The notes beneath the pieces were generated by a model. It had not been told where the DNA came from. It worked only from the letters and a program-made list of their open reading frames with translations, and did not search any database. A stretch of DNA of 64,000 nucleotides from assembly GCA_028023455.1 (NCBI GenBank), contig JAQFVV010000008.1:992001-1056000 (forward strand). The letters are read 5' to 3'. Within the stretch, counting starts at the first letter, position 1. The number at the start of each line of letters is the position of its first letter. Made by a program: the position numbers and the translations under genes. This document shows positions 14,007 through 26,249 of the stretch, one piece after another. This DNA is from Epiperipatus broadwayi (lineage: Eukaryota > Animalia > Onychophora).

Positions 14007-15450
14007 ATGCTGCAAAAAGAATTTAAAGAAATGGATTCAATAAATGAAGAAACAAAACAAAGAAATCAGAAAATGCTGCAAAAAGAATTAAAAGAAATGC
14101 AACTAAAACTCGAAGAACAACAAAATTTTAAAGAAAAGCAACAAAAAAGAGATAGTGAATTTAAAGAAATGCATCAAGAAATAAAAGTTTGAAGTAGTAC
14201 AAGAGACTATAAGCAGCATGAAGTTGAAAATTGCAGGTCAAATGCAAGAACAAGTACAACAGAAAATGGAGTGTATAGAAAAAAAATACGTATTGATTTA
14301 GAAGAACTGATCTAAAAATCTATTAGAATAAATTAAAGGAAAGTGTCCGAAGTATAATAGAAAAAAGGGAAGTGAAAGAAAAAGTGAAGAGAGCTGTTGA
14401 TCAAATTCAAAATTCATCATTAAAAAAAAACTCCTAGAGACTCCAGAGAAAATACAAAAAACTCAGAAAAAGTAGTTGGCATCATAAATAACATAAAAAT
14501 AAATAATACTAAGATTAAAAAAGATACATGAAACTGGTATTCAAAATGGACAAAAGAATCTATTAAAGATAGCAAAAATGATACCATGAGAGATATGAAA
14601 CCAAAAGAAAGTTATGAGGATACAACAATCACAGAACAGCACAAAAATTATGAGGTTTTTAGTTCTATTAACCAATTCCTCAAAATTGAGCTTTTCAGAG
14701 ATGAGGCAGGAGACATCTATGGAACACTTCAATAATTTGGAGAATTATTTCTAATTAAAAACACTCAACAGAAAGAGAGCAAGTGGCTATTGCTTATAAT
14801 CATCTACAAGTATCTGCTAAGGTATGATGGAACTCATTAATAAAAAAAAACCCAACCTCCTATTCTGGACAAAGAGAGCAAATTTTGAATAATATTTTGT
14901 CCAGAAGATTACCAAAAAGCAATCAGTATCAAATTATGCAGAAAAGATTTTGTATAAGAGGTGGTAAAAATTATACTCAATTCTTTCAAAGATAAGCGTC
15001 AACATTTAAGGACATTGTCTGCATCATTAGGATAACTAAACAATTTATCCATTCATGTCATACAGATGATCTATGCATAGAATGAAAAATCATAGAATAA
15101 ATAGCTGAGTTTTTAAATGCCATTGACTTAAAGTCTAAAGAATCAGGAAGGGTATAGATAATGGAGAAGATAAATTTACAACCCAAACAAGCAGTCAAAC
15201 AAAATGAGAAATGAGACAACTATTGGTTGTATTAGAGTGAAAGATAACCATTTCAACTCTATAGAAAGTGGCAAAAGAGAAGCAAGTTTTCCAAGCCCAA
15301 AAATGCCAGACACTATGAAGAATCTCTAGAATATTCACCAAGCCCAAGAACTAATAGTGAAATAGAAAAAGATAGTAGACCCAGAAAATGAAGAGAATGG
15401 GATCCAAACCAATGTGAAGAAATCAGCAGTGACCCAGCAGAACATATCTC
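14007..15450 (+). pseudogene. Degenerate gag: N-terminal coiled coil plus capsid-like segment
   Basis: ORF 14007-14192 is E/K/Q-rich and coiled-coil-like. Downstream broken frames give PKIELFRDEAG..., EQVAIAYNHLQVSAKV*WNSL (gypsy capsid-type W-W/F motif). Many stops. Confidence 0.6.
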
Positions 15451-16280
15451 AAATCCATTTGAATGAGGACTCCATTATCACCACTGCAAAACTATCTGGA
15501 TAGATGTAAAACTTTATTATAGAAGAATAAAGTATGACCTTTACTGCTGACCCTGGATCAGTTAAAAGAATGATTTAAGGAAAAAAATATTTGTAATGTG
15601 TTAAAAGTTAAAATATATGAATACAGAAAGTGATAATTAAATGAGAAATTACCAGCTTTCTAGAAAGCAAATGTGACTTTTATTGATAATATTGATAAAA
15701 AAAATTGTATTAATTTTAAGTGATAAATAGATGGTGTCAATAGATATAAAACATATGATCAGAATAGTTAAATTGGTTTTTGAAGAGAAAAAGAAAAAAA
15801 ATTCTATTAAAGTTTGTTTAGATATGTTCAACTTCTAGTGATGTATTAGGGTTTGATAATGCATGTGTGACACTATACTGTTATGTCATGTTTTGAGGTT
15901 ATATTATCTTAGGTGCTTCAAGTAGTTTACTCACCCACCTGTAAGGCCCAGAGAAAGCAAGGTGTGTTTTAAATGTATGTTGAAATTATCAGCCTTTAAA
16001 AAAGAGCAAGACTTAATTTTCAAATATTTATCAACCTCTATAACTCAAAAAAAATCAACTTTTTATTGTATATGAATTATTGGCATGTTGTAGTTAGTTT
16101 AACAGAATTAAAACTGAGATAATCCTTCTAGTGTTCATGCTTCATTATACTTCTTAATGTCCTATGGTTAAATTTTTAATGTATTAATAAGAAGAGAAAT
16201 AAATTAAAGTTAAAATTTTTGCAGTAAGTTGAGAAATAAAAAGTTATACTGTTGCATTGTCACCGTTTAGGAAGGGGAAT

Positions 16281-18089
16281 TGTAACTATATAAATAATTG
16301 CAGTCTGAATAATTTAGTTATAATGCTGCATAGTTAAATAAACAGAAAAGTGACATAGATTGATTGAAAAAGGTATAAAATGCCATGTATGTGCATGTGC
16401 TAGATATAACAGTTACTTAAGTATATTTAAAAAAAATAATTAAAAATTCTATCTATATATTTTAGTCATATTATTAAATATTTTATAAATAAAATATATT
16501 TTGTAAATGTAATACAATAAAAAATTATAAATCATATTATGTAAAGGAGAGAAAAATTGGTTTTAATGCTTTGAAAATGAATTTAATTTGCACAGCTTAT
16601 GAAAATGCATAGTATTTGGTGACTCTTTCAGATTTTTCCATTGGAGGGGTCTTAAATGAATAATTTGTTCTTTCTTATAGCAAACCTGAATATATTATTG
16701 AAAATTGTGGTTTACTAGAATTAAAAATGTTATTGAATAATTTTTAGAAGTCAGTAATAATTTTTCTTCTTCCTACCGCTAACATAAACAATACAAAAAA
16801 AAACTATTTGTTTATGCATTTTTAGAAATAATTGTATAATTTTAAAAAAATAGATGAAAAATGATTTGTTTCAACAGCATGTTCTCTGTAATTAATAAGA
16901 TGTTTTCAGATAAAACTGTTCTTTGGAAAACATCCATTGAGTACAGTATCAATGTGAAAAACAAGTGGGACTTAAATAGGTCAAATCTGAACAACTGGGG
17001 AAGTCTAATCTATTTTAAGCCTTAACTGAATGACTATTTTGCAGTGCTCCCATGAAGAGAAAATGCTGGTTAAAACAGTTTTCCACTATAGTTTGGATTG
17101 TCATGCTTTAGCTGATGTTAAAAGTATTTTTTAATTCTAAAATCCATCACAGGGAGTATAACATTAGTTAGAAGAAAACTATCAACTATGTGTGGCTAGA
17201 AAACCAACAACCACAGTCAAAACACCCAGAGTGATGCAATTGGATTTTGTGACTAACCCTGAAATTTACTAAAATCAGCCATTGCTTGCTTCAATCATGC
17301 CATAAAAAAAGTGGACTCTGCTTTAAGACCTACTGACTATCATATCTGATGTCATCATTGCCAATCAGGATAATTACTACACTGGATCAACTAATCAAGA
17401 CTTATTTATAAATAGAATAAAAGAACAATATCTACAGAAAACTGGTTTTGAACTTTTCAAATTTTACTTTTGGTAAGATCTTATAAATGTAGTTATCATA
17501 AGGCCATAAGTGTATAGCTCTAATAATCATTATCTTTACTATTTATTATACTTAATAATAGTTACAAATACATAAGCAGCAAGTTTATATATCTAATGTT
17601 AATAAATTGTTGATTTATTTTTATTGTTAGTCAATTTAGTTTTGTGGTTGCTTATCAAACTCACTTCAAACATTGTTACTAACATCCATTATGCTATTAC
17701 TATTCACAACTTTTGAGAATAATGCAATCCACTGGGTGACATGCAGGGATAATTATAGTAACTTATAAATGATTATTATCAGGAATTAATAAGTTTTCTA
17801 AAAGTAAACTCTTATTGAAAGGTTTGATGCTTTAAAATTTCACTTTTATTATTTATTGAAACTAGAAAAACAAATTAAAATACTTCTGGAGTAATGATAA
17901 TTAGTTTAATCTTTAATGCTAGGTTATAAGTCATCATCATCATCATCACAGGTGTTTGGTTAATATTATTATATATATTTACATTTTTTAATCATTTTCA
18001 TTTGAATGTATTTTAATTATTTTATAAATATTTATTTTTGGTCATCTAATGTTCAATTACATTTAGAATAGTCAAAAATTTCCAGTATA
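16281..18089 (+). repeat. 3' LTR (~1.81 kb)
   Basis: Starts tgtaac directly after the PPT; matches 11450-13223. Confidence 0.85.
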
Positions 18090-18249
18090 ATATATACATC
18101 TTAACATATACATATATTCTTTTTCTTTAACAAAGAGAATCATGTGATAAAGAATAATCTTACTTGAAATAGGATCATTTAATTATCTGATTCATAATTG
18201 TCTTATTAATATATATATATATAGTAATTTTACTTACATAATTTTTCCA

Positions 18250-19240
18250 ATAATTGTAATAAATCTTTTTCCAATTAAATTTTTCTAAATTTAAAGCATA
18301 AACATTCTCTGGCCACTTTATATTTTTTTTCAAAATTTAAAAGTGCTAAATATTATTTTCAATCTCAGCTATAATTCACTGTTATAATTTGATCTTCAAT
18401 TCTACTAAATCCTTCTTATACTTCTGCTAGTGTATTGTTTTGTACATTCATGTCATAAATTTATTTCCATTAATATGTGGGAAAAGTTTATGATATAATT
18501 ACTCAAATATTTAATTATCTTTTATCTTAAAAAGTAATCATACTCTTGTAATTTTTCAATTCTTGGGAATATCTTTTTCATTGCTGTATTCTAATCTTAA
18601 AATAATTTCATCTTCTAGGTCATCTAAATATTTACCTTCTTCCATTCTTAGCTTTTTGAAAGCTTACTTCTCTACGTATAAATTTTTTTTATCATAGTTT
18701 CTTTTTTATCACCAACATAAAACTTAATATATTTTCTTATATTTATATATTCTATTTTTCTTTTACCAATACATTTTTGACTTTCCTTAATTACCAATTT
18801 AGCACTTTATAAGATTTATATTTAATATATTTCCAACAATTTCTATTACTATCCATGGATTATTTATATCTGATGTTATATTTCTTTCTTTATTTAATCA
18901 TTTTTATTTAATGTATTATTACAATGTTTTTTTTTTTTCTAATTTCCATTTATACTATTTGCATCTAATATTCTTTTACTGATTTTTCATACTTCCTGTT
19001 GATTCTAATTTTTCTTTTCTTCACACTAAGTAAATTATATTACTAAGAATTCCTATTGATTTTTCTTTCTAACAAATATTTATCAGTGTTTCTTTATTTT
19101 TATCTTTATTAAAAAACTTCATAATGTAATATATTTCTAATTATCATTTACTTTTCCAAATCTTCAACATTTTTTTAGTTTATTATTTATATTCTATCTA
19201 CAATATTTTATTTTGTTTGAACATATTTAGCTTGTATCTG
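18250..19240 (-). mobile_element. Highly decayed LINE-like remnant
   Basis: Strong minus-strand A/purine skew with fragmentary K/I/E-rich frames like the other LINEs here. No intact motif recovered. Confidence 0.3.
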
Positions 19241-19722
19241 CCAAAAAAAATTTTTTTTTTTTAATTTACCATTAATTTTCATCTGTAATAATAAGAATTA
19301 GGAACATGTGTAAATACAAATCCAAAATTTGATAGAAATGCTGAATGCAACTTGCCCTTAAATTTTATTGCTGTCTAGGTTCAGTTATATAATAGCATTA
19401 AATATATACTACATGAATCAATGATTGTATAACAATTGTGCAAATACTTATTGTTTAGTAAAAATTCACGGAAATGCAATTAATTGGTAAAGATCACAAT
19501 CATAATAATAGGTTTTGGTAAAAAATGAAAATTCTTTGAATTCATTGTGAATGAATATAATAATAAATAAGCAGTATGAAGTGATATCAGTAAATGGAAG
19601 CAACAAAAAAGAACAGAAGAAAATATTCAAGTGTTTAAAGCCAATCACATCATATAAATTTGTATAGTAGGTAAAAAGAAATTTATGTAAAAACATATCT
19701 AGAGGTATAATAGTGAATAATA

Positions 19723-20733
19723 TTTCTGAATGTAATTTTTATTCTCATGCAAGGTAGGGAATAGTTTCTATCAGCTTTTAACACCTTGTGGATGGATATA
19801 ATCTTAAACATATGACTAAAGACATGTGAAAAAGATCTATGATCCCTAATAAGCACATTTCATGCTAACCAGGACTCATCAATTGACTGAGAAATTGTGG
19901 TCTGGGCCAATTGATAAGTGCTGGTTCAGCACAAAATGTTCATCTTGGGAATCATAGATCTTTTTCATGTCTTTAGTCATATGTTTATGCAGTATTCAAG
20001 GTCAAGGTATAAACAGATAATGTATAACGAATATGTAAATAATAATAATTGTATAAAAATAACGAATATGTAAAACAATAATAATAATTGTATAAATGTA
20101 AAATAAAAGCAATAACTGTAATATATAATAAATGTGTAAAATAACTGTATAGTAATCAAGAATAACGATTGTGTAAAATAACAATGTTATTAAATCATAG
20201 AAAGTTGTATAATAATAGAAAGCCCAGCTGACCTTATAGGGTCAGAAAACTATGTAAAATACCATATATGGTGAGAAACGTAAAAATACTGTGTGTATGT
20301 AAAAACGTAAGTGAAAACACCATATATGGTTAGGAATGTAAAAGACTCCAGAAGTCTTGAGGGGTATATAAACCCCCATAAACTAAACTAATTGTTCTGA
20401 TGTTCTGAATACATTCTGAGTATGTTCTGAGTTTTAATTATGAGTCAGAGACTCCTGCCTCTGTAAGTCAAAAGCAGGACTAGGGTATTTTATGCAGGTC
20501 ACCACAACCTTTTATTATTTTATTACGCCTTATAATAGACTATGTATATAGTTAAAGTTATCCGTATTAAACTATAATCTTACCATCTCAATTCTGCCTT
20601 TGTCCATTTATTTACTTGCGGGTCATAAGACATTGCAGTTTAGGATTAAATCCCTCCACAAGATGATAAAAGCTGATAAAAACTATCCCTTACCTTGCAT
20701 GAGAATGGTGTAATGAAAATTACACTACGGAAA
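19723..20733. repeat. Palindromic element (arms ~140-150 bp) interrupted by a solo LTR
   Basis: Left arm ~19723-19870 pairs with ~19925-19987 joined to ~20638-20733 (attctcatgcaaggtagggaatagtttctatcagcttttaa / ataaaagctgataaaaactatcccttaccttgcatgagaat). Confidence 0.85.
19988..20637 (+). mobile_element. Solo LTR (650 bp) with 5-bp TSD GTTTA
   Basis: Termini tgcagt...attgca. gttta at 19983-19987 and 20638-20642. TATA box tatataaa at 20365-20372. Reverse complement of the LTR at 30012-30757. Confidence 0.92.
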
Positions 20734-20972
20734 GATTTATGTAATCTTTCATACACATAACATTTATGATTATAAACAGAAAAAAATTAAATAGACATCA
20801 GTTTGAAGCTCTAATTATAAACTAATAATATTTTCATTGAATTCGGTATAGTAGGTTTCAATTGCACTTTTTGGCTAGAGTTTGATATAAGCAAATAAGT
20901 ACATTCCCCACTCTCTCCTAATGTCAAGATATTCAATGTTTATAATTTGTAAGCAAAACAATATTATTACTC

Positions 20973-21732
20973 TATAGGGTATATGAGCACAGACTTTCAC
21001 ACAACCCACCACTCTCCACACTATCTCATAACACTGATACACTTGAGCACATATATGTTGAAAAGATAAATAATCACCAATATACATATTTCATGCTAAA
21101 CCAGCAATCATCAGTTGGTCCAGATTACCATATCTACACATATATGATATAAGTGCTCAGATATATATTAAGATAGCCAAACCTTATACTTTAATGGACA
21201 TGCTTCAATCTATTCCACCCTCCAACTCTTCAACTGTCCATCCAATTGAAAACCTGATAATGGAATGCTCAAAGGCCACCCTGAAACCAAGATGCTTGTC
21301 ATATCCATTATGAAATAATAGAGATGTCTGCCCATCCCTTGTATATGTATTAAATGGATTATGTCCTGTACATGAGGGGTCATATTGACCTTAGGTCAAC
21401 ATGGGTGTGACAAGAATCTTGGCCTCAGGGTGGCCTTTGAGCATTCCATCATCAGATTTTCAATTGGATGAACAGTTGAAGAGTTGGAGTAGTAGATTGA
21501 AGCCTGTCCATTAAAGTATAAGGTTTGGCTATCTTAATATATATCTGAGCACTTATAGCATATATGTGAAGAGATGGTAATCTGGACCAACTGATGATTG
21601 CTGGTTTAGCATGAAATATGTATATTGGTGATTATTTATCTTTTCAACATATATGTGTTCAAGTGTATCAGTGTTATAAGATAGTGTGGAGAGTGGTGGG
21701 TCATGTGAAAGTCTGTGCTCACATACCCTATA
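20973..21732. repeat. 760-bp foldback / long inverted repeat (arms ~330 bp, spacer ~105 bp)
   Basis: Arms 20973-~21301 and ~21407-21732 are near-perfect reverse complements. Ends ta-gggtat...ataccc-ta (TA flanks, GGG/CCC termini). Confidence 0.95.
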
Positions 21733-22329
21733 CATTACATATATAAACACAGGTATATAATAAGCCTGTGTGTTTCAGTTATTATTACTCTATATTTTAT
21801 TTTTTCTAAGTGCTAAAAATTTAACAAAAATTTGAAACAGAAGGCATGCAGCATGCAATAAGTTTATTTTAATCAATAGCATTAAAAAGGCTTTAAAAAT
21901 ATTTCTCATACAGTACTTTCGAATATATAACTATAGTGAAAAAATATTTTTTAAAGCAAAATATTAACAAATTATTTGAAAAGAAGGTGAAAAATACAAG
22001 GTAAATTTATTTTAAATTAATAACAAAAATGCTTAAAAATATTTCGTATTTTATTTTAAAAATATAAATATGCGGAAAACACATTTTTTAAAACAAATAT
22101 GTTAGTAAATTACTTCTAAAATTACATATACACAATAAAAATTACATTACAGAGAGGGAGGTGACGTATTCTAAATAACTACAAGAATGAAGGATAATTA
22201 AAGATTATTAATTTGTAAAAAATCGTATTAATGCTAAAATTTCATCAAGTAGATGAAGAATGAGATTTTGGGTATTTTTTCTAATGATTAGATAATTATC
22301 ACATTTGGGCTGTTCCAAGATTTACTAGT

Positions 22330-23400
22330 CCAGTATCTAAGATTGTTTTAATCAAGTCTGATTTCATTCATCCATTTTTCTTTATTCAATTTCAAATCAA
22401 AATTCATATAAGTTCATTATAATTTCCTTCTAAAATCTACATCTTAATAACTCCTTAAATCTCTCCTTTTTTATCATCATTACATCTATTTATTCTATTC
22501 CATTCTCATTTTTGAAAATATGGTACATTTTCATTTTTCAAATTCATTTACTATTGCTAATAGATCTAACTTCTCTCATATAAAAAAAATTCCAATTTTT
22601 CTATTTCTATATATTTATATTTTCTTGCATTATCTGTAAAAAAAACCTCAACTTTTATATTATTCTTTACTCTGTCATTATTCCTACTTTCCTCTATCTA
22701 ATTACCTTTCTTAAGTGTAAACTTATTCTATTTATTTCTAATTCATTACATTGTTATATCCTATCACCATTCTTTATTTAATGAATAACAAAATTTAATT
22801 TACAATGAATTTGTTTAATATTTTATCTTTCCTCTTTAATAATTTTAACTCATTTCTTTAAAATAAAATCTTGTTTTTTGTTAAATATGTCTTATATATT
22901 TTAAAAAATCACACCTCCATTTTCTAACAGAATCTCAAATTAATCTCATAAATTTTGTTTAAAGAGCTACGATAAGTCCATTGAAATGTAATAAATTAAA
23001 GTACAATACTAATATTGTTTCATTCTTGAGAAAATTTTGAAAATACTAAAAAAAAACTTAATAAATTTTTGGTGCTCATTTTTTTTTTTTAATATAAAAG
23101 TTGCCTTTGACAAGAATGCTAACCACCAAAAAATTATTAAATTAATATTTAATATAGCAATATTAACTTTAAAATTTTATTTAAATTTATGCTCATTTTC
23201 AAACCTAGATAGTAATACTACTTTTCCTACTTGCTTATTCATTTTCTTCATTGTCAATATTTTTTAGTAACTCTTTTTACAATATCGTTTTCAACATCAA
23301 TGTAACATTATCTTAACAATATCTAAAATCATAGCACTTGGTGATAACTCACCTACAAGATCAGTTATCTGTCAGATATATAATCTCTTATCAATAATTT
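22330..23400 (-). mobile_element. Decayed LINE RT remnant
   Basis: Minus frame near 23360-23310 reads GELSPSAMILDIVKIM, resembling the RT QG..LSP..F motif. The rest is A-rich and full of stops. Confidence 0.35.
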
Positions 23401-23645
23401 GAAACTAAATTTCTCTAAGAAAAACTGTTAAACACAAACTTAGACCTACAGATTATTGTTTATTTATAAATATGTACCATACATATACATCAAATTAAAT
23501 CAAAAGCTCCTGAAGGCTTTCACAAATAATATAATAAATATGATTTACATAGATTGCTTAGAGTATCTTTCTTATTCATTGTTCATATAGCTGTGTTTTT
23601 AAAATGAAACACACCATAAATTCTATATTTATGAAATATTAATTC

Positions 23646-23945
23646 TGCCACCTAGTGCAGGTTATAGTAATCAATAGATGCCAGGAGCTTTATGCATTTA
23701 AATCTCTATTTGTTGCCTATTTATCCAATATTCCCGGACTAGTTTCTAGCTTATGGCAATCATCAATGAAAAGTCTTGGATCTGAGAGCAATGCACTTAG
23801 ACCTAATATCTCTAACAACCACTTTTTGCCTATTTAGCCAACTGTAAAGCAATGAGCTCAAATTGAAAACACAATAATGTTTTTGATTCTAGCTAATTTT
23901 TCTGTATAATTCTACAGATCTGAAATCAGTTCAGTATCTAGATCC
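23646..23945 (+). repeat. Copy of dispersed modular repeat family (core agtaatcaat...gcctatttatccaatat..c.gacta)
   Basis: Shares its core and tail with copies at 24800-25990, 37091-37413 and 60844-61005. Confidence 0.85.
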
Positions 23946-24799
23946 ATTCTAGCTAAACTGTAGCTCACACACCACATGCTTCTGTTTAGATGGTCCATCA
24001 TGGAAGAAGCTTTTAAAGTAAAATATAATTTGCATTAGCATGATGTACTTACCTTTTATTTTGAAACCATACATTCTTTATTCTTTTGCAGGATTTTATT
24101 ATCATTTCCTGAAAATATAATGCATTGTTTGAACACGTTGGTTCAGATTTTGTTAGAACTTTGCCCAGTGATATTATCTTTGTACAGTTTTAATTCAAAT
24201 ATTATATGTATGTTCTTCTATTTTGACTTTCAAACATCAACTTCCTTCATTAATTTAATCGAGCAACACAGTAATTATTTTTAATTTATATTCCGAAAAA
24301 GAATTATTGTTGTAAGTAACCTCTTTAGAAGAATCTGCTTGTAAACTAATGTGTTTTTTGGGACAATATATTTTTGTGCAGAATTATACTCAATAATGAA
24401 GTTTGTAGCACAATTGAAGAATGAAAGAACATCTTACAGAATGACTGCATGCTTTGTAAACAAATTAAAGCCAAATTTTAATGCTCTTTCCAGTTAGATA
24501 TAATCACTTGTGAATAATAATTTTTTTTTTTGATTTTGTCCACTTATTTATTTTGTGCTCTTGGTTTTTTGTACAATACAAATCCTTGATTAATAAATTT
24601 AAAAAAATCAAATATTTGCTTCTGCTGAATGCTTCAAAAATTTAATTGATGCTCTTGAATATATTGTTGTTTTAACTTGTGGCTTTTTTAGACGTGAAGT
24701 TTGTCCAACTCTGATCTATATATTTTGGTTTAATTTATTGTTTTTTTAAACTGTGGTCATCAATATCCCTTGGATAGAATTGATATTAAACGATTAAAA

Positions 24800-25990
24800 C
24801 ATCATATAACCAATAATTCTTTCCTTTCATCAGTTATCAAAATGGTAGTAAATCTCTCCATGTAATATTGCCACATTGTGCAAGCCATAGTAATCAATAG
24901 ATGATAGAATGTTTCTGCACTTAAATCCCTACTTAGTGCCTATTCATCCAATATCCCCCAGACTACTTTTTAACTTATGCTGTCATTAGTGAGGAGTCTT
25001 GAATATGAGAGGAATGCAAATAGACCTTTGAATGTGATTCATCCTTTCAACAAATATCTTTTTATCTATTTAGTAAACTATAAAACAATAAACACATTTT
25101 CATATCAAGCTAATTTGCTTATATAGTCAACAGAAGTTTTTTTTATAACCACAGATATAAAGTTTTTTGGCAAGGATTGGTAGTAAACCATTAAAACATC
25201 ACTTGACCACTAATTTTTTTTCCTTGCATCAGCCAATAATGGCAACTCTTTTCATACAATATTGCCTCTTAGTGCAACCTATAGTAATCAATATGCCAGA
25301 AAAAAGCTTATGCAGTTATAGTTGTAAATAGGTAAAACATAGTTGTTGGGATGCATTACATCAAAAAGTCTAGATGCATTGCTGCCAAATTTAAGGCTCA
25401 CCACAGATGACAGCTATAAACTATAAATTAGTCTGGTGATATTGGATGAGTGGCCACTAGATAGGAATTTAAATGAACAACCCCTCTAACATTTATTGAT
25501 TACTATAGCTTGCACTAGGTGGGAAATATTGCATGGAGGGTTGCTACTATTTTAATAGCTGATACAAGGGAAAAGAATTGGTCATGTGATGTTTTAATGG
25601 TTTAATATTAATCTTAGCCAAGGAATGTTGGTGATTGTGATTATAAAAAACTAAAGACAGTAAAATATCTAAAAACTGAACTGGGTTCAGATCTGTACGA
25701 CTATACGGGCAAATTATCTTGAATTGAAAACATTATTGCATTTTCCACTTGGGTTCATTGCTTTATAGTTGATTAATTAAGTAAAAGCTGGAAGAATGTG
25801 CTAAATCCAAAGATCTAGATGCATTATTCTCAGATCCAAAACTCTTCACTATGACAGTTATGTTAGAAACTTGTTTGGAAATATTGGAATAGACATTAGA
25901 TAGGGATTTAAATACATAAACCTTCTGGTGTCTATTTATTACTGCAATTTGCACTAGGTGGCAATATTGTATAGAGTTGCTACTATTGAT
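24800..25990. repeat. Inverted arrangement of two tandem dimers of the same family (foldback-like, centre ~25370)
   Basis: Plus copies at ~24800-25110 and ~25150-25320; minus copies at ~25425-25665 and ~25745-25990. The same head-to-tail junction (gctaatttg..tatagtc..caga...tataa(c/t)cac...aaaccattaaaacatcac) appears on both strands. Confidence 0.8.
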
Positions 25991-26203
25991 TTTTATGCTG
26001 GGTTTGGGAAAAGAGGGAGTTAGATATAAAGACCATGGAGTTGACAAAGATTATGTTGTGGAAATGGGATGGAGCAGGATATGGGAAAACTTAGGATGGT
26101 GAATGGAAAGGGAAGATATAGTGGCTAACAGGTTTTCCTGGACATTGTTGCTGAGAGATTCCTGGCTACATATAAGAAGTTATAATGCATCACATCATAT
26201 CAC
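25985..26203 (+). mobile_element. 3' fragment of the LINE family at 4215-5930
   Basis: gacaaagattatgttgtggaaatggga...gtggctaacaggtttt...gcatcacatcatatcac matches the reverse complement of ~4219-4440, including the CATCA tail. Confidence 0.85.
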
Positions 26204-26249
26204 TAAATTTGTAATTCCTCATTATCAAAAATATGTACATAAAACTTTA

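Larger units (their letters stand above)
11450..18089 (+). mobile_element. Non-autonomous gypsy-type LTR retrotransposon with ~1.8-kb LTRs and a gag-only internal region
   Basis: Direct repeats 11450-13223 and 16281-18089 begin tgcaac/tgtaac and end ccattata/ccagtata. tttggc follows the 5' LTR (PBS position). PPT aggaaggggaa at 16269-16279 precedes the 3' LTR. ATAT flanks both ends (11446-11449, 18090-18093). No pol motifs seen in the 3-kb interior. Confidence 0.82.

Noticed and set aside
23340-23372. Strong minus-strand donor AG|GTGAGT
   Set aside because: Falls within a decayed LINE RT motif, with no open exon upstream.
24053-24108. Minus-strand 56-nt exon-like segment (TTTCAG|...AG|GTAAGT) encoding EMIIKSCKRIKNVWFQNKR, resembling homeodomain helix 3
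   Set aside because: Residues before WFQNKR do not fit a homeodomain, no helix 1/2 exon was found, and it lies in decayed TE-like sequence. Probably chance; a tBLASTN or RNA-seq junction could revive it.
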